From NCBI GenBank assembly GCA_040954595.2, contig CM082579.2, positions 13,517,834-13,581,833 of the forward strand: a stretch of DNA of 64,000 bases. The letters run 5' to 3'. This document shows, piece after piece, positions 40,338 through 55,300 of the stretch. Source of the DNA: Balanoglossus misakiensis. Lineage: Eukaryota; Animalia; Hemichordata. Made by a program: the position numbers and the translations under genes. A model generated the notes under the pieces. It made no database searches. It worked only from the letters and a program-made list of their open reading frames with translations, and was not told the DNA's origin. Every line of letters starts with the position of its first letter. Within the stretch, counting starts at the first letter, position 1.

Positions 40338-43300
40338 CACTTTGACATGGGTATAAAATGTGTATAGGGGGATTTAAAGTTGTCAGTAAATCCCTGGGTT
40401 AATACGTGGCGGAAAGCACTGTACTTTGACATTGCTAATGCAACGATGACATTGAATGGGATTCTTTGCATTAGGGCAAATGGCGAAGCAAGCTCAATGA
40501 TGCATCAGAGTAGACGGTGATGCAAGCTCTGCACTTTCACATGGGTATTTAATGTTAAATGTAAATCCATAGGTTAATACGTGGCCAAAAGCACTCTATT
40601 TTGACATTGTTAATGAAACGATGACATTGAATCTGATTCTTTGCATCAGGGCAAATGGCGAAGCAAGGTTGATGATGCATCAGGGTAGATAGTGATGCAA
40701 TCACTTCACTTTGACATGGGTATTAAATGCATATGGGGATTTCAAGTTGATGATAAATCCCTAGGTTAATACGTGTCCAAAAGCACTGTACTTTGACATT
40801 GCTAATGCAACGATGACATTGAATCAGATTCTTTGCATCAGGTTAAATGGCGAAGCAAGGTTGATGATGCATCAGGGTAGATAGTGATGCAAGCTCTGCA
40901 CTTTGACATGGGTATAAAATGCCTACAGGGGGATTTAAAGTTGTCTGTAAATCCCTGGGTTAATACGTGTCCAAAAGCACTGTACTTTGACATTGCTAAT
41001 GCAACGATGACATTGAATCTGATTCTTTGCATCAGGGTAAATGGCGAAGCAAGGTTGATGATGCATCAGGGTAGATAGTGATGCAAGCTCTGCACTTTGA
41101 CATGGGTATAAAATGCCTACAAGGGGATTTAAAGTTGTCTGTAAATCCCTGGGTTAATACGTGGCGGAAAGCACTGTACTTTTACATTGCATATGCAATG
41201 GTGACATTGAATGGGATTCTTTGCATTAGGGCGAATGGCGAAGCAAGCTCAATGATGCATCACAGTAGATGGTGATGCAAACTCTGCACTTTCACATGGG
41301 TATTTAATGTTAAATGTAAATCCATAGGTTAATACGTGGCCAAAAGCACTCTAATTTGACATTGCTAATGCAACGATGACATTGAATCTGATTCTTTGCA
41401 TCAGGGCAAATGGCGAAGCAAGGTTGATGATGCATCAGGGTAGATAGTGATGCAAGCTCTGCACTTTGACATGGGTATAAAATGCCTACAGGGGGATTTA
41501 AAGTTGTCTGTAAATCCCTGGGTTAATACGTGGCGGAAAGCACTGTACTTTGACATTGCATATGCAATGGTGACATTGAATGGGATTCTTTGCATTAGGG
41601 CAAATGGCGAAGCAAGCTCAATGATGCATCAGAGTAGATGGTGATGCAAACTCTGCACTTTAACATGGGTATTGAATGTTAACTGTAAATCCATAGGTTA
41701 ATACGTGTCCAAAAGCACTCTAATTTGACATTGCTAATGCAACGATGACTTTGAATCTGATTCTTTGCATCAGGGCAAATGGCGAAGCAAGGTTGATGAT
41801 GCATCAGGGTAGATAGTGATGCAATCACTTAACTTTGACATGGGTATTAAATGCATATGGGGATTTCAAGTTGATGATAAATCCCTGGGTTAATACATGT
41901 CCAAAAGCACTGTACTTTGACATTGCTAATGTAACGATGACATTGAATCTGTTTCTTTGCATCAGGGTAAATGGCGTAGCAAGCTTTATATTACATCAGG
42001 GTAGATAGTGATGCAAACACTTCACTTTGATATGGGTATTAAATGCATATGGGGATTTCAAATTGATGATAAATCCCTGGGTTAATACGTGTCCAAAAGC
42101 ACTGTACTTTGACATTGCTAATGCAACGATGACATTGAGTCTGATTCTTTGCATCAGGGTAAATGGCAAAGCAAGGTTGATGATGCATCAGGGTAGATAG
42201 TGATGCAATCACTTCACTTTGACATGGGTATTAAATGCATATGGGGATTTCAAGTTGATGATAAATCCCTGGGTTAATACGTGTCCAAAAGCACTGTACT
42301 TTGGCATTGCTAATGCAACGATGACATTGAATCTGATTCTTTGCATCAGGGTAAATGGCGTAGCAAGCTTTATGATGCATCAGGTTAGATAGTGATGCAA
42401 ACACTTAACTTTGACATGGGTATTAAATGCATATGGGGATTTCAGGTTGTTGAAAAATCTGTGGGTTAATACGTGTCCAAAAGCACTGTACTTTGACATT
42501 GCTAATGCAACGATAACATTGAATCTGATTCTTTGCATCAGGGTAAATGGCGTAGCAAGCTTTATGATGCATCAGGGTAGATAGTGATGCAATCACTTAA
42601 CTTTGACATGGGTATTAAATGCATATGGGGATTTCAAGTTGATGATAAATCCCTGGGTTAATACGTGTCCAAAACCACTGTACTTTGACATTGCTAATGT
42701 AACGGTGACATTGAATCTGTTTTTTTGCATCAGGGTAAATGGCGTAGCAAGCTTTATATTGCATCAGGGTAGATAGTGATGCAAACACTTCACTTTGACA
42801 TGGGTATTAAATGCATATGGGGATTTCAAGTTGATGATAAATCCCTGGGTTAATACGTGTCCAAAAGCACTGTACTTTGACATTGCTAATGCAACGATGA
42901 CATTGAATCTGATTCTTTGCATCAGGGTAAATGGCGTAGCAAGCTTTATGATGCATCAGGGTAGATAGTGATGCAAACACTTCACTTTGACATGGGTATA
43001 AAATGCCTACAGGGGGATTTAATGTTGTCTGTAAATCCCTGGGTTATTACGTGTCCAAAAACACTGTACTTTGACATTGCTAATGCAGCGATGACATTGA
43101 ATCTGATTCTTTGCATCAGGGTAAATGGCGAAGCAAGGTTGATGAAGCATCAGGGTAGATAGTGATGCAAGCTCTGCACTTTGACATGGCCATAAAATGC
43201 CTACAGGGGGATTTAAAGTTGTCTGTAAATCCCTGGGTTAATACGTGGCGGAAAGCACTGTACTTTGACATTGCATATGCAATGGTGACATTGAATGGGA

Positions 43301-46300
43301 TTCTTTGCATTAGGGCAAATGGCGAAGCAAGCTCAATGATGCATCAGAGTAGATGGTGATGCAAACTCTGCACTTTCACATGGGTATTTAATGTTAAATG
43401 TAAATCCATAGGTTAATACGTGGCCAAAAGCACTCTAATTTGACATTGCTAATGGAACGATGACATTGAATCTGATTCTTTGCATCAGGGCAAATGGCGA
43501 AGCAAGGTTGATGATGCATCAGGGTAGATAGTGATGCAATCACTTAACTTTGACATGGGTATTAAATGCATATGGGGATTTCAAGTTGATGATAAATCCC
43601 TGGGTTAATACGTGTGCAAAAGCACTGTACTTTGACATTGCTAATGTAACGATGACATTGAATCTGTTTCTTTGCATCAGGGTAAATGGCGTAGCAAGCT
43701 TTATATTGCATCAGGGTAGATAGTGATGCAAACACTTCACTTTGACATGGGTATTAAATGCATATGGGGATTTCAAGTTGATGATAAATCCCTGGGTTAA
43801 TACGTGTCCAAAAGCACTGTACTTTGACATTGCTAATGCAACGATGACATTGAATCTGATTCTCTGCATCAGGGCAAATGGCGAAGCAAGGTTGATGATG
43901 CATCAGGGTAGATAGTGATGCAATCACTTCACTTTGACATTGGTATTAAATGCATATGGGGATTTCAAGTTGATGATAAATCCCTGGGTTAATACGTGTC
44001 CAAAAGCACTGTACTTTGACATTGCTAATGCAACGATGACATTGAATCTGATTCTTTGCATCAGGGTATATGGCGTAGCAAGCTTTATGATGCATCAGGG
44101 TAGATAGTGATGCAAACACTTCACTTTGACATGGGTATTAAATGCATATGGGGATTTCAGGTTGTTGAAAAATCTGTGGGTTAATACGTGTCCAAAAGCA
44201 CTGTACTTTGACATTGCTAATGCAACGATGACATTGAATCTGATTCTTTGCATCAGGGTAAATGGCGTAGCAAGCTTTATGACGCATCAGGGTAGATAGT
44301 GATGCAAACACTTCACTTTGACATGGGTATAAAATGCCTACAGGGGGATTTAAAGTTGTCTGTAAATCCCTGGGTTAATACGTGGCTGAAAGCACTGTAC
44401 TTTGACATTGCATATGCAATGGTGACACTGAATGGGATTCTTTGCATTAGGGCAAATGGCGAAGCAAGCTCAATGATGCATCAGAGTAGATGGTGATGCA
44501 AACTCTGCACTTTCACATGGGTATTTAATGTTAAATGTAAATCCATAGGTTAATACGTGGCCAAAAGCACTCTAATTTGACATTGCTAATGCAACGATGA
44601 CATTGAATCTGATTCTTTGCATCTGGGCAAATGGCGAAGCAAGGTTGATGATGCATCAGGGTAGATAGTGATGCAATCACTTCACTTTGACATGGGTATT
44701 AAATGCATATGGGGATTTCAAGTTGATGATAAATCCCTGGGTTAATACGTGTCCAAAAGCACTGTACTTTGACATTGCTAATGTAACGATGACATTGATT
44801 ATGATTCTTTGCATCAGGGTAAATGGCGTAGAAAGCTTTATGATGCATCAGGGTAGATAGTAATGCAAACACTTCACTTTGACATGGGTATTAAATGCAT
44901 ATGGGGATTTCAGGTTGTTGAAAAATCTGTGGGTTAATACGTGTCCAAAAGCACTGTACTTTGACATTGCTAATGCAACGATGACATTGAATGTGATTCT
45001 TTGCATCAGGGTAAATGGCGTAGCAAGCTTTATGATGCATCAGGGTAGATAGTAATGCAAACACTTCACTTTGACATGGGTATTAAATGCATATGGGGAT
45101 TTCAGGTTGTTGAAAAATCTGTGGGTTAATACGTGTCGAAAAGCACTGTACTTTGACATTGCTAATGCAATGATGACATTGAATCTGATTCTTTGCATCA
45201 GGGTAAATTGCGTAGCAAGCTTTATGATGCATCAGGGTAGATAGTGATGCAAACACTTCACTTTGACATGGGTATAAAATGCCTACAGGGGGATTTAAAG
45301 TTGTCTGTAAATCCCTGGGTTAATACGTGTCCAAAAGCACTGTACTTTGACATTGCTAATGCAACGATGACATTGAATCTGATTCTTTGCATCAGGGTAT
45401 ATGGCGTAGCAAGCTTTATGATGCATCAGGGTAGATAGTGATGCAAACATTTCACTTTGACATGGGTTTTAAATGCATATGGGGATTTCAGGTTGTTGAA
45501 AAATCTGTGGGTTAATACGTGTCCAAAAGCACTGTACTTTGACATTGCTAATGCAACGATGACATTGAATCTGATTCTTTGCATCAGGGTAAATGGCGAA
45601 GCAAGGTTGATTATGCATCAGGGTAGATAGTGATGCAAGCTCTGCACTTTGACATGGGTATAAAATGCCTACAGGGGGATTTAAAGTTGTCTGTAAATCC
45701 CTGGGTTAATATGTGGCGGAAAGCACTGTACTTTGACATTGCATATGCAATGGTGACATTGAATGGGATTCTTTGCATTAGGGCAAATGGCGAAGCAAGC
45801 TCAATTATGCATCAGAGTAGATGGTGATGCAAACTCTGCACTTTCACATGGGTATTTAATGTTAAATGTAAATCCATAGGTTAATACGTGGCCAAAAGCA
45901 CTCTAATTTGACATTGCTAATGTAACGATGACATTGATTATGATTCTTTGCATCAGGGTAAATGGCGTAGAAAGCTTTATGATGCATCAGGGTAGATAGT
46001 AATGCAAACACTTCACTTTGACATGGGTATTAAATGCATATGGGGATTTCAGGTTGTTGAAAAATCTGTGGGTTAATACGTGTCCAAAAGCACTGTACTT
46101 TGACATTGCTAATGCAATGATGACATTGAATCTGATTCTTTGCATCAGGGTAAATGGCGTAGCAAGCTTTATGATGCATCAGGGTAGATAGTGATGCAAT
46201 CACTTCACTTTGACATGGGTATTAAATGCATATGGGGATTTCAAGTTGATGATAAATCCCTGGGTTAATACGTGTCCAAAAGCAATGTACTTTGACATTG

Positions 46301-49300
46301 CTAATGTAACGATGACATTGAATATGATTCTTTGCATCAGGGTAAATGGCGTAGCAAGCTTTATGATGCATCAGGGTAGATAGTGATGCAAACACTTCAC
46401 TTTGACATGGGTATTAAATGCATATGGGGAATTCAGGTTGTTGAAAAATCTGTGGGTTAATATGTGTCGAAAAGCACTGTACTTTGACATTGCTAATGCA
46501 ATGATGACATTGAATCTGATTCTTTGCATCAGGGTAAATGGCGTAGCAAGGTTTATGATGCATCAGGGTAGATAGTGATGCAAACACTTCACTTTGACAT
46601 GGGTATAAAATGCCTACAGGGGGATTTAAAGTTGTCTGTAAATCCCTGGGTTAATACGTGTCCAAAAGCACTGTACTTTGACATTGCTAATGCAGCGATG
46701 ACATTGAATCTGATTCTTTGCATCAGGGTAAATGGCGAAGCAAGGTTGATGAAGCATCAGGGTAGATAGTGATGCAAGCTCTGCACTTTGACATGGGTAT
46801 AAAATGCCTACAGGGGGATTTAAAGTTGTCTGTAAATCCCTGGGTTAATACGTGGCTGAAAGCACTGTACTTTGACATTGCATATGCAATGGTGACATTG
46901 AATGGGATTCTTTGCATTAGGGCAAATGGCGAAGCAAGCTCAATGATGCATCAGAGTAGATGGTGATGCAAACTCTGCACTTTCACATGGGTATTTAATG
47001 TTAAATGTAAATCCATAGGTTAATACGTGGCCAAAAGCACTCTAATTTGACATTGCTAATGCAACGATGACATTGAGTCTGATTCTTTGCATCAGGGTAA
47101 ATGGCGAAGCAAGGTTGATGATGCATCAGGGTAGATAGTGATGCAATCACTTCACTTTGACATGGGTATTAAATGCATATGGGGATTTCAAGTTGATGAT
47201 AAATCCCTGGGTTAATACGTGTCCAAAAGCACTGTACTTTGACATTGCTAATGCAACGATGACATTGAATCTGATTCTTTGCATCAGGGTAAATGGCGTA
47301 GCAAGCTTTATGATGCATCAGGGTAGATAGTGATGCAAACACTTAACTTTGACATGGGTATTAAATGCATATGGGGATTTCAGGTTGTTGAAAAATCTGT
47401 GGGTTAATACGTGTCCAAAAGCACTGTACTTTAACATTGCTAATGCAACGATAACATTGAATCTGATTCTTTGCATCAGGGTAAATGGCGTAGCAAGCTT
47501 TATGATGCATCAGGGTAGATAGTGATGCAAACACTTCACTTTGACATGGGTATAAAATGCCTACAGGGGGATTTAATGTTGTCTGTAAATCCCTGGGTTA
47601 TTACGTGTCCAAAAACACTGTACAGTGAAACCTGGCAAAACCGACCTCACCTCGGACCACACATTCTGGTCGGTTTTCACAGTGGGTCGGTTTACTCAGA
47701 GTGGGCGTGGCTTCCCCCTCCCCATGAACCCTTTGACCCCGATCTCATACACACAGTGCACAGCAGACACACGCACGATATGTACACGTTGTACATTCAT
47801 GTATATTTCAAATTAAAGGTAATTAAAAAACTTCTGTACAGTGTAATTTCTGAAAATTGTTAAAAATAAAAAAAGTAAATTCAAGTTCATTCGCGGGCTG
47901 AGTGGGTAAACAGAAAGACGTACACGGTATTGTTACGATCGCATCGGCAGAATGTTGGGCAAGTGATTTCCTGGAAACTACTGATAAGTTGTCGTAAACA
48001 ACATCCAGTCTATTTTTTCTTCATAAAACTGTCGAGAGATGATTGTTTTAGGAAACATCGCTTCTGCAGTACTGTTTGATAAATCTCCACCCTTGTCAAC
48101 ACTGCGTGGCCGCACTGTTGGTTATACACTGTATTGTTTACAAAAAGAGATTCACACCTCGCCACCTGGAAGGCTTATCAGTAAATTGCTAACGAAGTGT
48201 TGACAAACCGTCCCTTTGACTATTGTTGGGAAGACAGGAAAACCAAAATTAGCACATCGTTGCGGTAATTTTTGATCAAAGACGTGATTTCAACCTTTAC
48301 AATAAAGTGATCGGTCGGTCTATTCCGGTTGAATTTGAGGGGTGGGACCGACCAACGCGGTCGGTGTTCGAAGTAGACAGTGGTCGGTATTCAGAGTGAC
48401 TTTTACCATTGGCGTCAATGGGAAATTTTCGGGACTAAACGGATCGGTCGATTTTCACAGGAAGTCGGTTTACCCAGGGGTCGGTTTTGCCAGGTTTTAC
48501 TGTACTTTGACATTGCTAATGCAGTGATGACATTGAATCTGATTCTTTGCATCAGGGTAAATGGCGAAGCAAGGTTGATGAAGCATCAGGGTAGATAGTG
48601 ATGCAAGCTCTGCACTTTGACATGGCCATAAAATGCCTACAGGGGGATTTAAAGTTGTCTGTAAATCCCTGGGTTAATACGTGGCGGAAAGCACTGTACT
48701 TTGACATTGCATATGCAATGGTGACATTGAATGGGATTCTTTGCATTAGGGCAAATGGCGAAGCAAGCTCAATGATGCATCAGAGTAGATGGTGATGCAA
48801 ACTCTGCACTTTCACATGGGTATTTAATGTTAAATGTAAATCCATAGGTTAATACGTGGCCAAAAGCACTCTAATTTGACATTGCTAATGGAACGATGAC
48901 ATTGAATCTGATTCTTTGCATCAGGGCAAATGGCGAAGCAAGGTTGATGATGCATCAGGGTAGATAGTGATGCAATCACTTAACTTTGACATGGGTATTA
49001 AATGCATATGGGGATTTCAAGTTGATGATAAATCCCTGGGTTAATACGTGTCCAAAAGCACTGTACTTTGACATTGCTAATGCAACGACGACATTGAATC
49101 TGATTCTCTGCATCAGGGCAAATGGCGAAGCAAGGTTGATGATGCATCAGGGTAGATAGTCATGCAATCACTTCACTTTGACATTGGTATTAAATGCATA
49201 TGGGGATTTCAAGTTGATGATAAATCCCTGGGTTAATACGTGTCCAAAAGCACTGTACTTTGACATTGCTAATGCAACGATGACATTGAATCTGATTCTT

Positions 49301-52300
49301 TGCATCAGGGTATATGGCGTAGCAAGCTTTATGATGCATCAGGGTAGATAGTGATGCAAACACTTCACTTTGACATGGGTATTAAATGCGTATGGGGATT
49401 TCAGGTTGTTGAAAAATCTGTGGGTTAATACGTGTCCAAAAGCACTGTACTTTGCCATTGCTAATGCAACGATGACATTGAATCTGATTCTTTGCATCAG
49501 GGTAAATGGCGTAGCAAGCTTTATGACGCATCAGGGTAGATAGTGATGCAAACACTTCACTTTGACATGGGTATAAAATGCCTACAGGGGGATTTAAAGT
49601 TGTCTGTAAATCCCTGGGTTAATACGTGGCTGAAAGCACTGTACTTTGACATTGCATATGCAATGGTGACATTGAATGGGATTCTTTGCATTAGGGCAAA
49701 TGGCGAAGCAAGCTCAATGATGCATCAGAGTAGATGGTGATGCAAACTCTGCACTTTCACATGGGTATTTAATGTTAAATGTAAATCCATAGGTTAATAC
49801 GTGGCCAAAAGCACTCTAATTTGACATTGCTAATGCAACGATGACATTGAATCTGATTCTTTGCATCTGGGCAAATGGCGAAGCAAGGTTGATGATGCAT
49901 CAGGGTAGATAGTGATGCAATCACTTCACTTTGACATGGGTATTAAATGCATATGGGGATGTCAAGTTGATGATAAATCCCTGGGTTAATATGTGTCCAA
50001 AAGCACTGTACTTTGACATTGCTAATGTAACGATGACATTGAATCTGATTCTTTGCATCAGGGTAAATGGCGTAGCAAGCTTTATGATGCATCAGGGTAG
50101 ATAGTGATGCAAACACTTCACTTTGACATGGGTATTAAATGCATATGGGGATTTCAGGTTGTTGAAAAATCTGTGGGTTAATACGTGTCCAAAAGCACTG
50201 TACTTTGACATTGCTAATGCAATGATGACATTGAATCTGATTCTTTGCATCAGGGTAAATGGCGAAGCAAGGTTGATTATGCATCAGGGTAGATAGTGAT
50301 GCAAGCCCTTCACTTTGACATGTGTATAAAATGCCTACAGGGGGATTTAAAGTTGTCTGTAAATCCCTGGGTTAATACGTGTCCAAAAGCACTGTACTTT
50401 GACATTGCTAATGCAACGATGACATTGAATCTGATTCTTTGCATCAGGGTAAATGGCGAAGCAAGGTTGATTATGCATCAGGGTAGATAGTGATGCAAGC
50501 TCTGCACTTTGACATGGGTATAAAATGCCTACAGGGGGATTTAAAGTTGTCTGTAAATCCCTGGGTTAATATGTGGCGGAAAGCACTGTACTTTGACATT
50601 GCATATGCAATGGTGACATTGAATGGGATTCTTTGCATTAGGGCAAATGGCGAAGCAAGCTCAATTATGCATCAGGGTAGATGGTGATGCAAACTCTGCA
50701 CTTTCACATTGGTATTTAATGTTAAATGTAAATCCATAGGTTAATACGTGGCCAAAAGCACTCTAATTTGACATTGCTAATGGAACGATGACATTGAATC
50801 TGATTCTTTGCATCATGGCAAATGGCGAAGCAAGGTTTATGATGCATCAGAGTAGATAGTGATGCAATCACTTCACTTTGACATTGGTATTAAATGCATA
50901 TGGGGATTTCAAGTTGATGATAAATCCCTGGGTTAATACGTGTCCAAAAGCACTATAATTTGACATTGCTAATGCAACGATGACATTGAATCTGATTCTT
51001 TGCATCAGGGTAAATGGCGTAGCAAGCTTTATGACGCATCAGGGTAGATAGTGATGCAAACACTTCACTTTGACATGGGTATAAAATGCCTACAGGGGGA
51101 TTTAAAGTTGTCTGTAAATCCCTGGGTTAATACGTGGCTGAAAGCACTGTACTTTGACATTGCATATGCAATGGTGACATTGAATGGGATTCTTTGCATT
51201 AGGGCAAATGGCGAAGCAAGCTCAATGATGCATCAGAGTAGATGGTGATGCAAACTCTGCACTTTCACATGGGTATTTAATGTTAAATGTAAATCCATAG
51301 GTTAATACGTGGCCAAAAGCACTCTAATTTGACATTGCTAATGCAACGATGACATTGAATCTGATTCTTTGCATCTGGGCAAATGGCGAAGCAAGGTTGA
51401 TGATGCATCAGGGTAGATAGTGATGCAATCACTTCACTTTGACATGGGTATTAAATGCATATGGGGATTTCAAGTTGATGATAAATCCCTGGGTTAATAC
51501 GTGTCCAAAAGCACTGTACTTTGACATTGCTAATGTAACGATGACATTGAATCTGATTCTTTGCATCAGGGTAAATGGCGTAGCAAGCTTTATGATGCAT
51601 CAGGGTAGATAGTGATGCAAACACTTCACTTTGACATGGGTATTAAATGCATATGGGGATTTCAGGTTGTTGAAAAATCTGTGGGTTAATACGTGTCGAA
51701 AAGCACTGTACTTTGACATTGCTAATGCAATGATGACATTGAATCTGATTCTTTGCATCAGGGTAAATGGCGAAGCAAGGTTGATTATGCATCAGGGTAG
51801 ATAGTGATGCAAACACTTCACTTTGACATGGGTATAAAATGCCTACAGGGGGATTTAAAGTTGTCTGTAAATCCCTGGGTTAATACGTGTCCAAAAACAC
51901 TGTACTTTGACATTGCTAATGCAGCGATGACATTGAATCTGATTCTTTGCATCAGGGTAAATGGGGAAGCAAGGTTGATGATGCATCAGGGTAGATAGTG
52001 ATGCAAGCTCTGCACTTTGACATGTGTATAAAATGCCTACAGGGGGATTTAAAGTTGTCTGTAAATCCCTGGGTTAATACGTGGCTGAAAGCACTGTACT
52101 TTGACATTGCATATGCAATGGTGACATTGAATGGGATTCTTTGCATTAGGGCAAATGGCGAAGCAAGCTCAATGATGCATCAGAGTAGATGGTGATGCAA
52201 ACTCTGCACTTTCACATGGGTATTTAATGTTAAATGTAAATCCATAGGTTAATACGTGGCCAAAAGCACTCTAATTTGACATTGCTAATTGAACGATGAC

Positions 52301-55300
52301 ATTGAATCTGATTCTTTGCATCAGGGCAAATGGCGAAGCAAGGTTGATGATGCATCAGGGTAGATAGTGATGCAATCACTTCACTTTGACATTGGTATTA
52401 AATGCATATGGGGATTTCAAGTTGATGATAAATCCCTGGGTTAATACGTGTCCAAAAGCACTGTACTTTGACATTGCTAATGCAACGATGACATTGAATC
52501 TGATTCTTTGCATCAGGGTAAATGGCGTAGCAAGCTTTATGATGCATCAGGGTTGATAGTGATGCAAACACTTCACTTTGTCATGGGTATTAAATGCATA
52601 TGGGGATTTCAGGTTGTTGAAAAATCTGTGGGTTAATACGTGTCCAAAAGCACTGTACTTTGACATTGCTAATGCAACGATGACATTGAATCTGATTCTT
52701 TGCATCAGGGTAAATGGCGTAGCAAGCTTTATGACGCATCAGGGTAGATAGTGATGCAAACACTTCACTTTGACATGGGTATAAAAAGCCTACAGGGGGA
52801 TTTAAAGTTGTCTGTAAATCCCTGGGTTAATACGTGTCCAAAAACACTGTACTTTGACATTGCTAATGCAACGATGACATTGAATCTGATTCTTTGCATC
52901 AGGGTAAATGGCGTAGCAAGCTTTATGACGCATCAGGGTAGATAGTGATGCAAACACTTCACTTTGACATGGGTATAAAATGCCTACAGGGGGATTTAAA
53001 GTTGTCTGTAAATCCCTGGGTTAATACGTGTCCAAAAACACTGTACTTTGACATTGCTAATGCAGCGATGACATTGAATCTGATTCTTTGCATCAGGGTA
53101 AATGGGGAAGCAAGGTTGATGATGCATCAGGGTAGATAGTGATGCAAGCTCTGCACTTTGACATGTGTATAAAATGCCTACAGGGGGATTTAAAGTTGTC
53201 TGTAAATCCCTGGGTTAATACGTGGCTGAAAGCACTGTACTTTGACATTGCATATGCAATGGTGACATTGAATGGGATTCTTTGCATTAGGGCAAATGGC
53301 GAAGCAAGCTCAATGATGCATCAGAGTAGATGGTGATGCAAACTCTGCACTTTCACATGGGTATTTAATGTTAAATGTAAATCCATAGGTTAATACGTGG
53401 CCAAAAGCACTCTAATTTGACATTGCTAATGGAACGATGACATTGAATCTGATTCTTTGCATCAGGGCAAATGGCGAAGCAAGGTTGATGATGCATCAGG
53501 GTAGATAGTGATGCAATCACTTCACTTTGACATTGGTATTAAATGCATATGGGGATTTCAAGTTGATGATAAATCCCTGGGTTAATACGTGTCCAAAAGC
53601 ACTGTACTTTGACATTGCTAATGTAACGATGACATTGAATCTGATTCTTTGTATCAGGGTAAATGGCGTAGCAAGCTTTATGATGCATCAGGGTAGATAG
53701 TGATGCAAACACTTCACTTTGACATGGGTATTAAATGCATATGGGGATTTCAGGTTGTTGAAAAATCTGTGGGTTAATACGTGTCGAAAAGCACTGTACT
53801 TTGACATTGCTAATACAATGATGACATTGAATCTGATTCTTTGCATCAGGGTAAATGGCGTAGCAAGCTTTATGATGCATCAGGGTAGATAGTGATGCAA
53901 ACACTTCACTTTGACATGGGTGTAAAATGCCTACAGGGGGATTTAAAGTTGTCTGTAAATCCCTGGGTTAATACGTGTCCAAAAGCACTGTACTTTGACA
54001 TTGCTAATGCAACGATGACATTGAATCTGATTCTTTGCATCAGGGTAAATGGCGAAGCAAGGTTGATGATGCATCAGGGTAGATAGTGATGCAAGCTCTG
54101 CACTTTGACATGGGTATAAAATGCCTACTGGGGGATTTAAAGTTGTCTGTAAATCCCTGGGTTAATACGTGGCGGAAAGCACTGTACTTGGACATTGCAT
54201 ATGCAATGGTGACATTGAATGGGATTCTTTGCATTAGGGCAAATGGCGAAGCAAGCTCAATGATGCATCAGAGTAGATGGTGATGCAAACTCTGCACTTT
54301 CACATGGGTATTTAATGTTAAATGTAAATCCATAGGTTAATACGTGGCCAAAAGCACTCTAATTTGACATTGCTAATGCAACGATGACATTGAATCTGAT
54401 TCTTTGCATCAGGGCAAATGGCGAAGCAAGGTTGATGATGCATCAGGGTAGATAGTGATGCAATCACTTCAATTTGACATGGGTATTAAATGCATATGGG
54501 GATTTCAAGTTGATGATAAATCCCTGGGTTAATACGTGTCCAAAAGCACTGTACTTTGACATTGCTAATGTAACGATAACATTGAATCTGATTCTTTGCA
54601 TCAGGGTAAATGGCGTAGCAAGCTTTATGATGCATCAGGGTAGATAGTGATGCAAACACTTCACTTTGACATGGGTATTAAATGCATATGGGGATTTCAG
54701 GTTGTTGAAAAATCTGTGGGTTAATTCGTGTCGAAAAGCACTGTACTTTGACATTGCTAATGCAATGATGACATTGAATCTGATTCTTTGCATCAGGGTA
54801 AATGGCGTAGCAAGCTTTATGATGCATCAGGGTAGATAGTGTTGCAAACACTTCACTTTGACATGGGTATAAAATGCCTACAGGGGGATTTACAGTTGTC
54901 TGTAAATCCCTGGGTTAATACGTGTCCAAAAGCACTGTACTTTGACATTGCTAATGCAACGATGACATTGAATCTGATTCTTTACATCAGGGTAAATGGC
55001 GAAGCAAGGTTGATTATGCATCAGGGTAGATAGTGATGCAAGCTCTGCACTTTGACATGGGTATAAAATGCCTACAGGGGGATTTAAAGTTGTCTGTAAA
55101 TCCCTGGGTTAATACGTGGCGGAAAGCACTGTACTTTGACATTGCATATGCAATGGTGACATTGAATGGGATTCTTTGCATTAGGGCAAATGGCGAAGCA
55201 AGCTCAATGATGCATCAGAGTAGATGGTGATGCAAACTCTGCACTTTCACATGGGTATTTAATGTTAAATGTAAATCCATAGGTTAATACGTGGCCAAAA

